From NCBI GenBank assembly GCA_947385945.1, contig CANDMY010000006.1, positions 1 through 64,000 of the forward strand: a stretch of 64,000 bases of DNA. The letters are read 5' to 3'. The DNA comes from an uncultured Clostridia bacterium. GTDB taxonomy: Bacteria; Bacillota; Clostridia; Lachnospirales; Lachnospiraceae. Shown here in pieces: positions 36,963-48,319 of the stretch. Each line of letters starts with the position of its first letter. The stretch's first letter is position 1. Position numbers and translations under genes: made by a program. Below the pieces are notes generated by a model. The model did not search any database. It was given only the letters and a program-made list of their open reading frames with translations, and was not told where the DNA came from.

Positions 36963-39900
36963 TTAAATTCGAATCTCTTTCCCCAATCCAAAAGAATACA
37001 ATATCATCTCCCCAACTTCCTCCCCTGTCATCTGCTCCAATGCCATTTTATAAAGTTCAAACTGCCTCTCATACCGCATCACCAGCACTTCCTCCTGCCC
37101 TTCATAAACTGCATCTGTCTTATAATCCAACAGTACCAACTTCCCCTCCTCTTCAAAATAAACATCAATCACCCCCTGCAGTAAAATTAACTCCTGACTC
37201 TCTGTCTCCCGATATAACTTCCAAGCAGGAATCCCCACTACAAACTGCGTCTCCCGATAAATCTGCCCTCTCTTTTCTGCTTCCCGCATCCGCTTTGCCG
37301 TCTGAGAGGTTAAAAACGCCACAATCCTCTGATTCCAAATCAACTTAGCATTTTCTTTTGAAAGTTTCTTTTCCTCCACTAACTGCCGCTTTAACTGCCC
37401 GATTCGTTTTGAAATCTCGTTCTCTTCCATTCCATCAAATTCTGCTAAATTCATATTTTCCAAAAAAATATGATAGGCGGTTCCTCGTGTTGCTCCTCCC
37501 ACACCTTCTAATTTTCCCTGCATAAATTTCGGCAGAATCTCTTCTTTTTGTTCGATTAATAATGCCGTATCTTCTTCTGCTTCCATTTCTCTTTGATTCA
37601 AACGTTTCTGCTCCGATACGGAAGTTTTTGCATAAAGTGACATTTCTTTCTGATAAGGATACAGATAAGAAAACCTCTTTTCTATCTCTTCTCTTAACTG
37701 AGGATCAAAACATTGCGAAAAATCCAGTTTCTTCTGATAATCGGATAAATCCATATTTTCTTTCTGCCGCAGAATCTCTCCCTCTGCAACTCCCTTTGGT
37801 GTATAAAATGTAACTTCACAACTTTCTTTTGTGATCGCCGGTACAATCCAATCCAGATAGGACTCCGCTTTTGCAAGGGAAGCATAGGACAATGCCGCTC
37901 CTCCGTTTGTTTCTCTCCGCCACTTTTCATATCGTTCTGTCATCTTATCTGTTACACCGGTTAAAATCAGCTTTTCTTTTGCCCTTGTCAGTGCTACATA
38001 TAAAATCCGCAGTTCTTCTCCAAGGTTTTCTAAACGAATACTTTTTTGAATAATTCGCTTGATTAAAACAGGAGCTTTCGTTCTGCGTTCATAATTTACA
38101 AAATCTAATCCCACTCCTAAGTCGGGATGAATCACTGCTTTCTGCATAGCATCCATTTGATTAATCTTTTTTCCCATTCCGGCTACAATAACAATCGGAA
38201 ATTCCAGTCCTTTGCTCTTATGGATACTCATAATCCGAACGGTGTTGTCCTGTTCATTTACAATCGATGCTTCTCCGAAGTCCACCTCATATTGGTTGAG
38301 TTTTTCAATATAGCGGATAAAGTGAAAGACACCCCGATAACTGGTTGCTTCAAAGGCAATCGCTTTTTCTAACAGCATATCTAAATTCATTCTTCGTTTT
38401 GTTCCTGCCGGCATGGAAGCGGCATAATCTCCATAACCTGTTACTTTTAAGACTAATCGTATTAATTCATGAATAGGGGTACATGCTGCTTGATCCCGGA
38501 AATATTCTAACTGTTCTAAAAATGCTTTTACTTTTTTATCTAGTTCTTCTTCTTCAACTGGAGAAAGCAGTGCTTCATAGAGATCTCCCTCTAGATGAGC
38601 CGAACGGATCTTTGCCAGTTCTAAGCTGCTGAAATGTCCAATCGGCGAGTGCAGAACCCCTGCTAATGGAATGTCCTGTCTGGGATTGTCAATAATTCTT
38701 AATAGGTTTAATACCGTCTGTACTTCCAAGGCGGTAAAATATCCGGTCTGGGACTGGGTATGGGCAGGAATTCCTTCTTCCATGCAGATCGTTACAATCG
38801 TCTCTCCCCATCCTGCTACTGTACGCAAAAGGACAACAATATCCCTGTACTGTGCAGTCCGATAGGTACCCGACTTTTTGTCTAGAACTTTCAGACCGGT
38901 ATCTGGATGGGTCAGTCTTCGAATCTGACCGGCTATTACCTTTGCTTCCATTACCAGGGCTGTCATTTCTGCCGTTACCAGATCGGTGGTATCCTCTTCT
39001 TGGGATTTATTGATCAGCAGTAACTCGGTCTTTCGCTCCTGTGCTTCTGAACCGCCTTCTGGAAATGCTGCTCCCGGATAGAGTGCTGCTGCGTTGTCAT
39101 AGGTTACGCCTCCTAATTCTTTCCGCATAATCTGATAAAAGATATCATTTACGCTCTGTAAGACCTCTGGACGGCTGCGGAAGTTTTTATGGAGATCAAT
39201 TTTTTGATAATTGCTTTCTTCTGTGGTATATGTCTGATATTTTTCCACAAAAAGCTCGGGTCTTGCTAAACGAAACTTATAGATGCTTTGTTTTACATCT
39301 CCTACCATAAAGACATTGGGAATTTCTTCCTGATAGCGGGAAACGCTAAATAAAATTGCTTCCTGTACTAAATTGCTGTCCTGATATTCATCGATCATAA
39401 TCTCTGTAAACTGATCCCGATATTCTTTTGCAATCAGTGACGGCACTCTTCCCTCTTTTGTCTGTTCGGTCAGGATATTAAGTGCCAAATGTTCTACATC
39501 CGAAAAATCCATTAAATTGCGTTCCCTTTTTTTTGCCTGATATCTGGTATGAAAGTCTAATGTCAGCCTTACCATTACCGCCATAGTCTTGCTTACATTT
39601 GCCATATTTTCCAGCATCTTATCGATTGGCTGAAAATAGAACTGCTTTCCGATTCCCCGAATTTCCTCTTTGATTCGATCTCGAATCTCTTTGACTCTTG
39701 CCTTTTTTTCAGCATCGATCGAGGAATCTTTTTTTGAGGATAAGCGGATAAAATTTACTTCTTTTAAAGCCTTTCCAAAACTTTGATAGGATTTACACTG
39801 CACCAATTTTTCTAAATAATAGAAATCTGACTCAATAGCTGGAAGATACTGATAGGGACCTCTCTCCTGGCTGCAGATCTGTTTTGCCAGATCCAACTGT

Positions 39901-40643
39901 CTGCAGCAGTCCGTGATGAGTTTTTTTAGATATTCCATTAAAAACTGTACGGATTTAGTCTGCTCTAATGCTTTTCTATAAGCCTGTTCCATTGTTTTTT
40001 GTTCTTCCTGATCCAAAACTTCTTCCTCGGCTTGTTCCTCCATAGGGTATTCATTTAAGCAGCCTTTTAGCCATTCCTCCGGATCGGGATAACTCATTGC
40101 AAATTCATAGAGCCGCAAAATCAAGTCTTCTAATCCGCTGTCATTTTTTCCGGTTGAATAACTCTCTACAAAATGAAAAAACTCCGGATCTGCCTCGCTG
40201 TAGTAATCCTCTAACAGTCCTGCTACTACATCTGATTTTAACAGTTTTCGCTCCCCCTCATCTCCAATTCGAAAAGAGGGATCAAAGTCTAACAGATCAA
40301 AGTGATCTCGAATCACACTCAGACAAAAACTGTCAATTGTCATAATTTGTGCCGTATGAACTAATGTCTGCTGTCTCTGCAAATGGGCATCTTCTGGGGC
40401 ATCTTCTAATGCTCGTTCAATAGCAGAAGTAATTCGTTCTCTCATCTCTGCAGCCGCAGCATTGGTAAATGTAACAATTAAAAGCCGGTCAATATCCACC
40501 GGATTCTCCCGATCTGTAATCATCTGAATAATTCGTTCTACCAAAACGGCTGTTTTTCCTGAACCTGCCGCTGCCGAAACCAAAATTGCCCTATTCCTTA
40601 AATAGATAACCTGTTCCTGTTCCTTTGTCCAATTTACTGCCAC
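36963..40643 (-). CDS. addA: ATP-dependent helicase/nuclease subunit A (AddA)
   Basis: 1226 aa. UvrD-like helicase motifs ('AAAGSGKTAVL', 'DEYQDSN', 'GDVKQSIY') and a C-terminal PD-(D/E)xK nuclease ('GVIDVYF..LLDYKTD'). Confidence 0.95.
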   Translation of the reverse strand: MAVNWTKEQEQVIYLRNRAILVSAAAGSGKTAVLVERIIQMITDRENPVDIDRLLIVTFTNAAAAEMRERITSAIERALEDAPEDAHLQRQQTLVHTAQIMTIDSFCLSVIRDHFDLLDFDPSFRIGDEGERKLLKSDVVAGLLEDYYSEADPEFFHFVESYSTGKNDSGLEDLILRLYEFAMSYPDPEEWLKGCLNEYPMEEQAEEEVLDQEEQKTMEQAYRKALEQTKSVQFLMEYLKKLITDCCRQLDLAKQICSQERGPYQYLPAIESDFYYLEKLVQCKSYQSFGKALKEVNFIRLSSKKDSSIDAEKKARVKEIRDRIKEEIRGIGKQFYFQPIDKMLENMANVSKTMAVMVRLTLDFHTRYQAKKRERNLMDFSDVEHLALNILTEQTKEGRVPSLIAKEYRDQFTEIMIDEYQDSNLVQEAILFSVSRYQEEIPNVFMVGDVKQSIYKFRLARPELFVEKYQTYTTEESNYQKIDLHKNFRSRPEVLQSVNDIFYQIMRKELGGVTYDNAAALYPGAAFPEGGSEAQERKTELLLINKSQEEDTTDLVTAEMTALVMEAKVIAGQIRRLTHPDTGLKVLDKKSGTYRTAQYRDIVVLLRTVAGWGETIVTICMEEGIPAHTQSQTGYFTALEVQTVLNLLRIIDNPRQDIPLAGVLHSPIGHFSSLELAKIRSAHLEGDLYEALLSPVEEEELDKKVKAFLEQLEYFRDQAACTPIHELIRLVLKVTGYGDYAASMPAGTKRRMNLDMLLEKAIAFEATSYRGVFHFIRYIEKLNQYEVDFGEASIVNEQDNTVRIMSIHKSKGLEFPIVIVAGMGKKINQMDAMQKAVIHPDLGVGLDFVNYERRTKAPVLIKRIIQKSIRLENLGEELRILYVALTRAKEKLILTGVTDKMTERYEKWRRETNGGAALSYASLAKAESYLDWIVPAITKESCEVTFYTPKGVAEGEILRQKENMDLSDYQKKLDFSQCFDPQLREEIEKRFSYLYPYQKEMSLYAKTSVSEQKRLNQREMEAEEDTALLIEQKEEILPKFMQGKLEGVGGATRGTAYHIFLENMNLAEFDGMEENEISKRIGQLKRQLVEEKKLSKENAKLIWNQRIVAFLTSQTAKRMREAEKRGQIYRETQFVVGIPAWKLYRETESQELILLQGVIDVYFEEEGKLVLLDYKTDAVYEGQEEVLVMRYERQFELYKMALEQMTGEEVGEMILYSFGLGKEIRI

Positions 40644-43600
40644 TCTTCTCCCTCCTCTATCCGAATCATTTGTCCCGCTGCTTCTTCTACTTCTTTCTGC
40701 ATCTTTTGTAAAATATCCTCATTGTCCATCTCATGCAGTCTTCGGTATTCATATCCTGTACTCTTTTCGTCAAATCCGCAGACCTCCCGAAATTCACAGT
40801 AATCGCATCCGGTTTCGGTTCCTTTCCGATACGGGGCAATCTGTGTATTTCCATCTAATATTTCTGCTCCCATTTGGCGTATCCGATTTCGTACATAAGC
40901 AGACACTGCTTCAAACTGCCTGGTATCGACAGCAGAAGAATTTTTACTTAAACTCCCATCTTTATTATAACTAATCGGAATGACATCAGAATGTTTATCC
41001 ATAGAGGAATCTAAAAGTGCAATTACTTCCGATGCACGGTTGACTAATCCGTTCATCTTTAGCTTAGAAAGCAGTTCCCTTTCAATCTGTTCCTCCCCCA
41101 TCTCTTCTGTCTCTTCAATTACCGGATCTTTAATATTATAATAAAAAATTCCTGCAGGAATCACGGTTTTCTCCACCCGCTTCCGCTGTTCTGTCTCCAT
41201 TGCCGCTTCCATATAAACTACCAGCTGAATCTGCAGACCATAGTAGACCGAGGACAGATTAAATTCAGCAACCCCAGATTTATAATCAATTACTTTAATA
41301 TAGATATGTTCTTCATCCTCATAGAGATCCATCCGATCCAACCGTCCGGCAAGGTACATATTTTCCTGATCCGAAATCGGAATCGTAAGGGCATCTAACT
41401 GATCGGCAGGAGAAAAAAAGACCTCATAATTAACTGGCTCAAACTTTCCTTTCTGCAGCTGTTTCTTCAATGCCCAGACTGTCCGATTTACAATCCTCTC
41501 TAATCGATCAATAAAATAAGCATTTCTTGCCGTACTCTGCAGCACATGATTTCCATAGTCAGCGGACGCCTCCTCCACAGATTCTTTTACCATCTTCTGC
41601 TGATCTTCTGGCGTTACCATACTCCATTTCATCCCGTTTTCCTTTATCTTATTCGAATAACGCTCAATCGAATTATGAAACAGATTTCCCATATCCACCG
41701 CTGCCATTTCAAATTCCTGACGTTTTGCAAGCCGAAGCCCATAGGTTAAAAAATGAGCAAATGCACAGGCAGCATAACGTTCTAACCGAGTTACACTATT
41801 AATCGGCTGCGGTCCATACAGTGCCGCCGCTGCCAGCTTTCCTATTCCGCTTTCGGTATTGTGATAGGAAACCGCTTCAAATAGCTGATCCATTCGCCCC
41901 TTCCAATTTTCTTGTCCCGCATACCAAGAAGTCAGTTCCAAAAAAATGGGATCGGCATTCTGCTGAATCGGATTTTGGCTAAATTCTAACAGCTTCGAAA
42001 TCCAATAGTGTAATGTCCCCTCTGGTGTTGTAATCTGCTGCAGCTCTTTCTCTCTCTTTTCCTCGTCCTCCTGCTCCAGTGCCGGAAATAATTTTTCAAT
42101 CGTATAGACTAAATAAGAGGGACGAATCGCTTCACCTGCCTGCGTATTTCTGCTGTAACTTAAATACAGCCGTTCAGAAGGCTTCGTCAGATTCAGATAC
42201 AAATAGAACTTCTGAATATAAGCATTTTCTTTTTGCGTAGGAGAAAGCGTAATCTTCTCTTCTTTTAGAAACTGCCGCTCCATCTGTGAGAACATCCCGC
42301 CTTTTCCACTGTTCTTAGGAATAATCCCGTCATTTAATCCCAAAAAGAACAAAACCCGAATTTCATTCAGACGAGTCCGCTCCATATCTCCAATTAAAAT
42401 CTGATCGATCGAAGGAGGAATCAATCCCACTTTTAATTCTTCAAATCCCGCATCCAAAATCCCGTTTAACTCCTGTGCCGAAATCTGTTCCTCTCCCAGC
42501 AATCCCACCACTTTATCAAATAATTCCATTACTAACGGATAGACCTGCTTATATTCTTTTTCCTTTGCCAAATGCCCCTGCTCCCGAAATGTACTCTCAT
42601 ATGCTTCCATTTTCTCCTGCAGACCGATTTCCTTTAAAAACCCATATAATGCTTCTATCTTTTCCTTTACGGTTCCTTTTTTCCGCTTCCAGACAGAAGA
42701 AAGGGTTTGAATCGGCAGCAGCACTGCCTCCCGAAGCTGATTCATCCGCTCTAACTCAAGCGGCTCGTCCTTTTTCATACTGCGTACCCAAAGTTTTTCC
42801 CACTGTCTCTGTCCCCGAATCCCCATAGCCAGACAATAATTTTCCAATAAATCTACATCTTCCCGTGCAATCGAAGTCATATTGCTTTTTAAATAACGAA
42901 AAACACTCTCATAAGAAAAATTATCTGCTATCATCTCCAATGTACTGCGAATAAACTCCACACAAGGATTTCCCATCATTCCCTTTTTCTGATCGACAAA
43001 ATAAGGAAGCTGATTTTCATTTAACACTTCCTCTAAACTATCCCGATATCCTTCCAAATCCCCTGCTATAATTGCAATATCTCGATAGCGGTACCCCCGT
43101 TCCCGTACTAAATTGACAATCTCTCTGGCAACATATGCCGCCTCTTTTGCCGGATTCCCCGCTACATGAATCGATACTGCCTCCTGCTTTTTCTTATAAG
43201 CCAGATAGGGATAACGAAATAAATTCCTCTCCAGCCAAAAAAGTGCCTCTGCCTGCCGGAATCGGTGATGTTCCTCCCCTGTCAGTACAATATCCTTCTC
43301 TTTAGGAATCTGCCGCTCCTCCGCCAAACGGATCAGATGGGAGATCATCTCTTTACTCATATGAAATAATTCCTGCTCCCCGCCAATCCGATAGGGATTT
43401 TCCCGTGCATCTATTGTAACTGTCAGAGTTACTTTAGGAGAAAGCATCAATAACAATCCAATCAACTGATACTGAATCGGTGTAAAACCAGTAAAACCAT
43501 CCAGCCAGACACTGCTTCTCTTTACCATATTAGACTCTGGTATCACTCGGCAGAGCACATCTAACTGCTCCTCTTTTGTAATATAATGCTCCTTTGTAAA

Positions 43601-44104
43601 CCGTTCAAATTCCTGTATAATAACCTGCATATCGTTTAACTTTGCATAAAGCATCGGTTTCTTTTTCGCACATGCCAGCATTTTCTCCTGCTCTTCTTCC
43701 CGAATTCCATACTGATAAAATTCCGATACAACCGATTTTATCTCACTTACCATCCCCGGTGTATGCCGTTTCTGTCCATAAAGTTTTAACTCTTCCTTCT
43801 TATTCTCCAGCACCTTCCGAAGCAGCAGATTTTTTCCGGTATCATCCAAAACAGGAAGCTGTGCCGCCCCCACTTCCGATAAAACCCGATAGGAAAGCCG
43901 CCCAAAACTTAAAATATCAATATTCATCACGCCATGTCTGGGATGAAGTTCTACAATATCCTTCTGTGTTTGCATAGAAAATTGTTCTGGTACAATTAAT
44001 AGAAAATTTTTCTCTGGATGTTCCATAGACTCCCGAATTAATTCCTGATATAAATATCTCGATTTTCCCGAACCAGAACCGCCTAAAATCAGTTGTAATG
44101 ACAT
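40634..44104 (-). CDS. addB: ATP-dependent helicase/nuclease subunit B (AddB)
   Basis: 1156 aa. N-terminal Walker A 'GGSGSGKS'. C-terminal nuclease and Fe-S Cys cluster ('CDYCEFREVC'). 10-nt overlap with addA. Confidence 0.9.
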   Translation of the reverse strand: MSLQLILGGSGSGKSRYLYQELIRESMEHPEKNFLLIVPEQFSMQTQKDIVELHPRHGVMNIDILSFGRLSYRVLSEVGAAQLPVLDDTGKNLLLRKVLENKKEELKLYGQKRHTPGMVSEIKSVVSEFYQYGIREEEQEKMLACAKKKPMLYAKLNDMQVIIQEFERFTKEHYITKEEQLDVLCRVIPESNMVKRSSVWLDGFTGFTPIQYQLIGLLLMLSPKVTLTVTIDARENPYRIGGEQELFHMSKEMISHLIRLAEERQIPKEKDIVLTGEEHHRFRQAEALFWLERNLFRYPYLAYKKKQEAVSIHVAGNPAKEAAYVAREIVNLVRERGYRYRDIAIIAGDLEGYRDSLEEVLNENQLPYFVDQKKGMMGNPCVEFIRSTLEMIADNFSYESVFRYLKSNMTSIAREDVDLLENYCLAMGIRGQRQWEKLWVRSMKKDEPLELERMNQLREAVLLPIQTLSSVWKRKKGTVKEKIEALYGFLKEIGLQEKMEAYESTFREQGHLAKEKEYKQVYPLVMELFDKVVGLLGEEQISAQELNGILDAGFEELKVGLIPPSIDQILIGDMERTRLNEIRVLFFLGLNDGIIPKNSGKGGMFSQMERQFLKEEKITLSPTQKENAYIQKFYLYLNLTKPSERLYLSYSRNTQAGEAIRPSYLVYTIEKLFPALEQEDEEKREKELQQITTPEGTLHYWISKLLEFSQNPIQQNADPIFLELTSWYAGQENWKGRMDQLFEAVSYHNTESGIGKLAAAALYGPQPINSVTRLERYAACAFAHFLTYGLRLAKRQEFEMAAVDMGNLFHNSIERYSNKIKENGMKWSMVTPEDQQKMVKESVEEASADYGNHVLQSTARNAYFIDRLERIVNRTVWALKKQLQKGKFEPVNYEVFFSPADQLDALTIPISDQENMYLAGRLDRMDLYEDEEHIYIKVIDYKSGVAEFNLSSVYYGLQIQLVVYMEAAMETEQRKRVEKTVIPAGIFYYNIKDPVIEETEEMGEEQIERELLSKLKMNGLVNRASEVIALLDSSMDKHSDVIPISYNKDGSLSKNSSAVDTRQFEAVSAYVRNRIRQMGAEILDGNTQIAPYRKGTETGCDYCEFREVCGFDEKSTGYEYRRLHEMDNEDILQKMQKEVEEAAGQMIRIEEGEEWQ

Positions 44105-44227
44105 GAAATCCCTCCTTTGTTTATTCCAGTCAGCTATAAAAATTCTTATTTTCTATTATAACATACCATCTAAAAAGATACCACCTTTTCAGACAGCAGA
44201 AGAAACTCATATCCAAAAAAATTCCCC

Positions 44228-44470
44228 GGAAATAACGCCAGAGTACTTGAAAGGGAACTGTTCCGCTCTCCGAAAAGCAGAAGCTCTAAGACTTCTGAAT
44301 CTAGGCATATCCAACCGGACGGATCGGGGTGCAATTCGCCCGTACAGCGGGCTAAACACACCCCTTTTTTTGCCATTCGAGAATGGCAAAAAATCCTAGT
44401 GGATTGACAGAAGTCTAAGAGCTTCTAACTTTCCTCCGAAGTCACAGTTCCCTTTCAAGTACTCTGGCTG
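44228..44470 (-). repeat. F1 structured repeat, copy F (reverse orientation)
   Basis: Reverse complement carries the F1 core. Arms 'tacttgaaagggaact' and 'agttccctttcaagta' are complementary. Confidence 0.85.
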
Positions 44471-44965
44471 TATTGTCTCACAATCTACTTTTTTTCTCTT
44501 TGCTCCATTATATTCTTATTCTTTTTTGTTAAATTTCCTTCTTTCTTTTTTTATTAAAAATAATTTTAGAATTTTTGCATTGGTCAAAGCGGATTGCGAA
44601 TATCCGATTTGACTATCCCTATCAGACATTTCTCTATATCAGCCGTAATCATTTTATGCTTGTATTTTACACACCAAACAATATGATATTGGATGGAATA
44701 TACCTATCCACGTCCATGAGTCACTTCCATATAGAATCACCTCGTTATACAAACGATAATAGATGTATGTTGTTATATCAATTATTTTTAGCATTATTAC
44801 TTGAAATTTAATTAACATATGTGAGCAATTCATCCCACGACTAAATGCTCATGTACGGTAAAGAAACAAGAAACCGAAAACAAGAGATAGACCTCCAGCA
44901 CCACACTATTCCGAACCAAAGACCAAAAGACAAGCATGATGGAATCCCTCTCTCATTCCTTTATG

Positions 44966-45313
44966 TCAAAAAGATTTTCCGCTGTTTTCCGTTCCCCATT
45001 GACACATACTTTCCATAATGGGGAGGAGGGAACGTCCTTTATTTGAAAGACTATACTCAACTTTTGGCGGTATCTGCGGATATTCTTTACGGATAATAAG
45101 CCCGTCTGCTTCCAATGCCTTTAACTCTGTACTTAATGTTTTGTAGGTGATTGTTCCGATTTTTCGTTGTAGTTCGTTAAAACGTATTGTGTCGTATTCA
45201 ACGAGCCAATAGAGAATAACCAGCCGCCATTTTCCACCAATCATAGATAATGTATAGCCAAAAGGAGTATCAGTCAAAGAAACAATTCTCTTTTCAAATT
45301 TTTCCATGCTCAT
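44966..45313 (-). CDS. HxlR-family (MarR-like) transcriptional regulator
   Basis: 'GGKWRLVILYWL..RFNEL...ITYKTLSTELKALEADGLIIRKEYPQIPPKVEYSLS'. An AAGGAAAG RBS precedes the ATG at 45313. Confidence 0.8.
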   Translation of the reverse strand: MSMEKFEKRIVSLTDTPFGYTLSMIGGKWRLVILYWLVEYDTIRFNELQRKIGTITYKTLSTELKALEADGLIIRKEYPQIPPKVEYSLSNKGRSLLPIMESMCQWGTENSGKSF

Positions 45314-45424
45314 ATAGGTACTTTCCTTAAAGATAGTATTTGTCAAAAAAGTGCGTACTTGTCTTTTTGACATTGCGAATATAGAATAGCATAAAGAACG
45401 ATATTTAGCAAGGGAGTAAAAAGC

Positions 45425-46006
45425 ATGAAAAGAATAATGGTTATTTTAGGCGGCGGGCGTGTCAATGGAAATACGTCACAGTTAGCAGAAGCATTTATGA
45501 ACGGAGCTAAAGAAGCCGGACACCAAGTAGAGATGGTATCATTGAACAAACTGAATGTGAATGGCTGCATAGGCTGTAATGCCTGTCGCTATGGTAAATC
45601 TTGTGTACAAAAAGATGATTTTAATTCACTTGTTCCAAAGATAAAAACGGCGGATTTAATCGTATTTGCGTCACCTTTATATTTCTGGACTGTATCATCA
45701 AAAATTAAAGCATTTATTGAACGTTTTTACTGTATAGCAGAAAAAGACGAGAATCCACCTTTGGGACGATATGAGAAATATCCCATACATGATTGTGCTT
45801 TGCTTATGACTTCCGCTGATAACTTTTTTTGGACGTTTGAGCAGGCTGTTTCTTACTACAAGTTTACATTGATAAACTATATCGGTTTTCACAATAAAGG
45901 TATGTTGCTTGCTGGTGGTTGTGGTGAAACAAACGGGAAACCTCAGATTTCAAAAACCACTCATTTAAGGGAAGCATATGAATTTGGAAAAGCAATTTAC
46001 GAATAA
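45425..46006 (+). CDS. NAD(P)H-dependent FMN reductase / flavodoxin-like oxidoreductase
   Basis: 'MKRIMVILGGGRVNGNTSQLAEAF' and 'ADLIVFASPLYFW'. Divergently transcribed from the HxlR regulator, a classic pairing. Confidence 0.7.
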   Translation: MKRIMVILGGGRVNGNTSQLAEAFMNGAKEAGHQVEMVSLNKLNVNGCIGCNACRYGKSCVQKDDFNSLVPKIKTADLIVFASPLYFWTVSSKIKAFIERFYCIAEKDENPPLGRYEKYPIHDCALLMTSADNFFWTFEQAVSYYKFTLINYIGFHNKGMLLAGGCGETNGKPQISKTTHLREAYEFGKAIYE

Positions 46007-46026
46007 ATGAAAAGGGGCTTTGAAAA

Positions 46027-46344
46027 ATGATGAAGAAATGTAAATTAACTATCTTGAAAACAACGCTTCAAGAAGATTTAGCAAAGGAATATGGCGTTCC
46101 CAATTTAAGCATATGTCCTTTGATGAAAGAAGGACAGGTATTCTATGCCGACTATGCGAAGCCAGAGGGCTTTTGTGACGAAGCATGGAAAGCTATCTAT
46201 CAGTATGTATTTGCATTGGCAAATGGTGCAGAGGGTTGGTACTCTGATGATTGGATTGACCCCAAGCATAAAGATGTGGCAATTTGTTCATGCAATGACG
46301 GATTAAGACCTGTAATTATCAAAGTTGAGCGAGTTAATGAATAA
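46027..46344 (+). CDS. Hypothetical small Cys-rich protein (105 aa), co-directional with the flavoreductase
   Basis: ORF 20 bp downstream of the preceding gene. No confidently recognised domain. Confidence 0.5.
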   Translation: MMKKCKLTILKTTLQEDLAKEYGVPNLSICPLMKEGQVFYADYAKPEGFCDEAWKAIYQYVFALANGAEGWYSDDWIDPKHKDVAICSCNDGLRPVIIKVERVNE

Positions 46345-46412
46345 TCGGAAGATTATATAAATGCAACCGTAAACCATGCAACGCCCTATGTGGAAGAAAG
46401 AGGGAATCGTTT

Positions 46413-46961
46413 ATGCCCTGCACAGAAGCATACAGAAAACACATCATGTATACGTTCAATAGCTATTGCAAGACCGTTATACGCTTTGCGGCTATTAACG
46501 CATGGCGTGACAGGAGCAGACGGCGGCAAAAGGAAATATCCCTTGAATACCTCACAGAAGAAAAGTTTTACCCTTTAGGCACAACAGACGAATATTTTGA
46601 AGCACCCTATAAAGAATACCCCGTTACGATATGCGGTCAAACTTGTATTGCGGGAGCTGCCGCCAGCTTCAAAGACCGTAACGAATATATCTCCCGCCTT
46701 TGCAGCTTCCCCTTGCTTATCCTTGATGATTTCGGCATGGAGCGTGGCACGGAATACGGCTTAGAGCAAATCTATAACGTGGTTGACAGCCGATACCGCA
46801 GCGGCAAGCCGTTAATCGTGACAACGAACCTCACGCTGGAAGAATTGCAGAACCCGGAGGACACCGCCCACGCCCGCATTTATGACCGCCTTACAGAAAT
46901 GTGCTGCCCCGTCTGCATTACCGGGGAGAATTTCAGAAAAACCAAAGCACAGGCGGACTAA
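46413..46961 (+). pseudogene. Mobile-element relic: IstB/DnaC-like ATPase C-terminal fragment fused to an unrelated N-terminal stretch
   Basis: 'PLLILDDFGMERGTEYGLEQIYNVVDSRYRSGKPLIVTTNLTLEEL' is the Walker B and sensor region of IstB/DnaC helper ATPases. No Walker A is present. The locus is GC-rich. Confidence 0.55.
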
Positions 46962-46988
46962 AAACACATTACCCGGCGTGAGCTGAAA

Positions 46989-47561
46989 TTATTTTCGTCC
47001 AAAATACCTTCGGACTTTGCTTTTGTAGGCGTTGTACTCTGCCCCAAATGCCTTTGACAAGAACTTTTCTTCTTGTAGTATTTGCAGATGAAGCATTGTC
47101 ATGGCAAAAACAGAAAACACCAGCAAAACCCAGTTAAAGGCTATAAGCAGCAGACCTATATAAACACAATCAAAGGCTAAAAAGGCGGGATTTCTGCTTA
47201 TGCGGTAAATCCCGCCGGTAATGATTTCTGTTTTATCGTTTTCTGCTATGCCAGCCCGCCAACTGTCTTTCATTGTTACGACTGATACAGTAAAAAGAAT
47301 ATCTCCAATAAATCCAAGAACCACACCAACAGCAACAAGCGTTTGCGGCAGAAATGGAGGTGCAAAGAACAGGCTGAGGACTTCCGCCACAACCACGGAA
47401 TAAGTAGCTATTTTCATAGCCAGCTCAATGTAGAATACCTTTGTTTTCTGCTTGCCTTTTGCTATCTGGTCTGTCTGTATGCCTTTTCTTTTTTGCAATA
47501 TCATCTTGCTGATGTAGACTGCATAAAACACGGCAAGTATCAGTAATCCTATAATTTTCAT
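46989..47561 (-). CDS. Isoprenylcysteine carboxyl methyltransferase (ICMT) family membrane methyltransferase
   Basis: Multi-TM protein with the C-terminal motif 'GGIYRISRNPAFLAF' and 'E..FG..Y..Y'. Confidence 0.7.
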   Translation of the reverse strand: MKIIGLLILAVFYAVYISKMILQKRKGIQTDQIAKGKQKTKVFYIELAMKIATYSVVVAEVLSLFFAPPFLPQTLVAVGVVLGFIGDILFTVSVVTMKDSWRAGIAENDKTEIITGGIYRISRNPAFLAFDCVYIGLLLIAFNWVLLVFSVFAMTMLHLQILQEEKFLSKAFGAEYNAYKSKVRRYFGRK

Positions 47562-47650
47562 TATGTTTCCTTTCTCATGGGAACAGTGTTTTTTAATAAG
47601 ACCAGTATATCACACAAAAGCAGATTTTTCCACATTAGATAGCCCGTGTC

Positions 47651-48319
47651 TTGACGGAACAGCAGACCCCCACGCCGGGGACGCTGGAATACCGCCGGAC
47701 GGGAAGCACACGCCGCTACCACCCCGGCTATGAGTGCAAGTGGGCGACAAACACCGTGGCGCATATCCTTGAAAACCGGGAATACACGGGCTGCCTTGTG
47801 AACTTCAAGACCGAGAAAGTGTCCTACAAGGTAAAGCAGAGCATGGAGAACCCCGAAGAAAAACAGGCAGTCTTTGAGAACCACCACGAGCCTATCATAG
47901 ACCGTGACACATGGGAGCGTGTGCAGGAGCTACGCAAGCAGCGCAAACGCCCTAACCGCTATGATGAAGTGGGCTTGTTCTCCGGCATACTCTTTTGTGC
48001 CGACTGCGGCAGCGTCATGTACCAGCAGAGGTATCAAACGGACAAGCGGCGGCAGGACTGCTACATATGCGGCAGCTACAAGAGGCACACCCGTGACTGT
48101 ACGGTGCACTTTATCCGCACCGACCTCTTGACCGTGGGAATGACCGAGAACCTACGGAAAGTCACCAGCTACGCCGCCAAGCACGAAGCACGGTTTATGA
48201 AGCTGTTGACCGAGCAGACCGAGGACGGGAGCAAACACCGGAACGCCGCCAAGAAGAAAGAGCTGGAAGCGGCAGAAAAGCGGATTGCGGAACTCTCCGC
48301 TATCTTCAAGCGGCTGTAG
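47651..48319 (+). pseudogene. C-terminal fragment of a large serine recombinase (recombinase domain, zinc beta-ribbon, coiled coil). The N-terminal catalytic resolvase domain is absent.
   Basis: 'TVAHILENREYTGCLV', Zn ribbon 'CADCGSVMY...CYICGSYKRHTRDC' and a C-terminal coiled coil. No catalytic Ser domain upstream. Local GC is markedly higher than in the flanks. Confidence 0.65.

Noticed and set aside
46413-46961. Intact 182-aa gene
   Set aside because: Only the C-terminal half resembles IstB/DnaC. Walker A is missing, and the N-terminal half is unrelated sequence in a GC-rich relic. It is treated as a fragment or pseudogene.
47561-47887. 108-aa minus-strand ORF
   Set aside because: It overlaps the upstream region and 5' part of the serine-recombinase fragment on the opposite strand and shows no homology. 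It is probably spurious.
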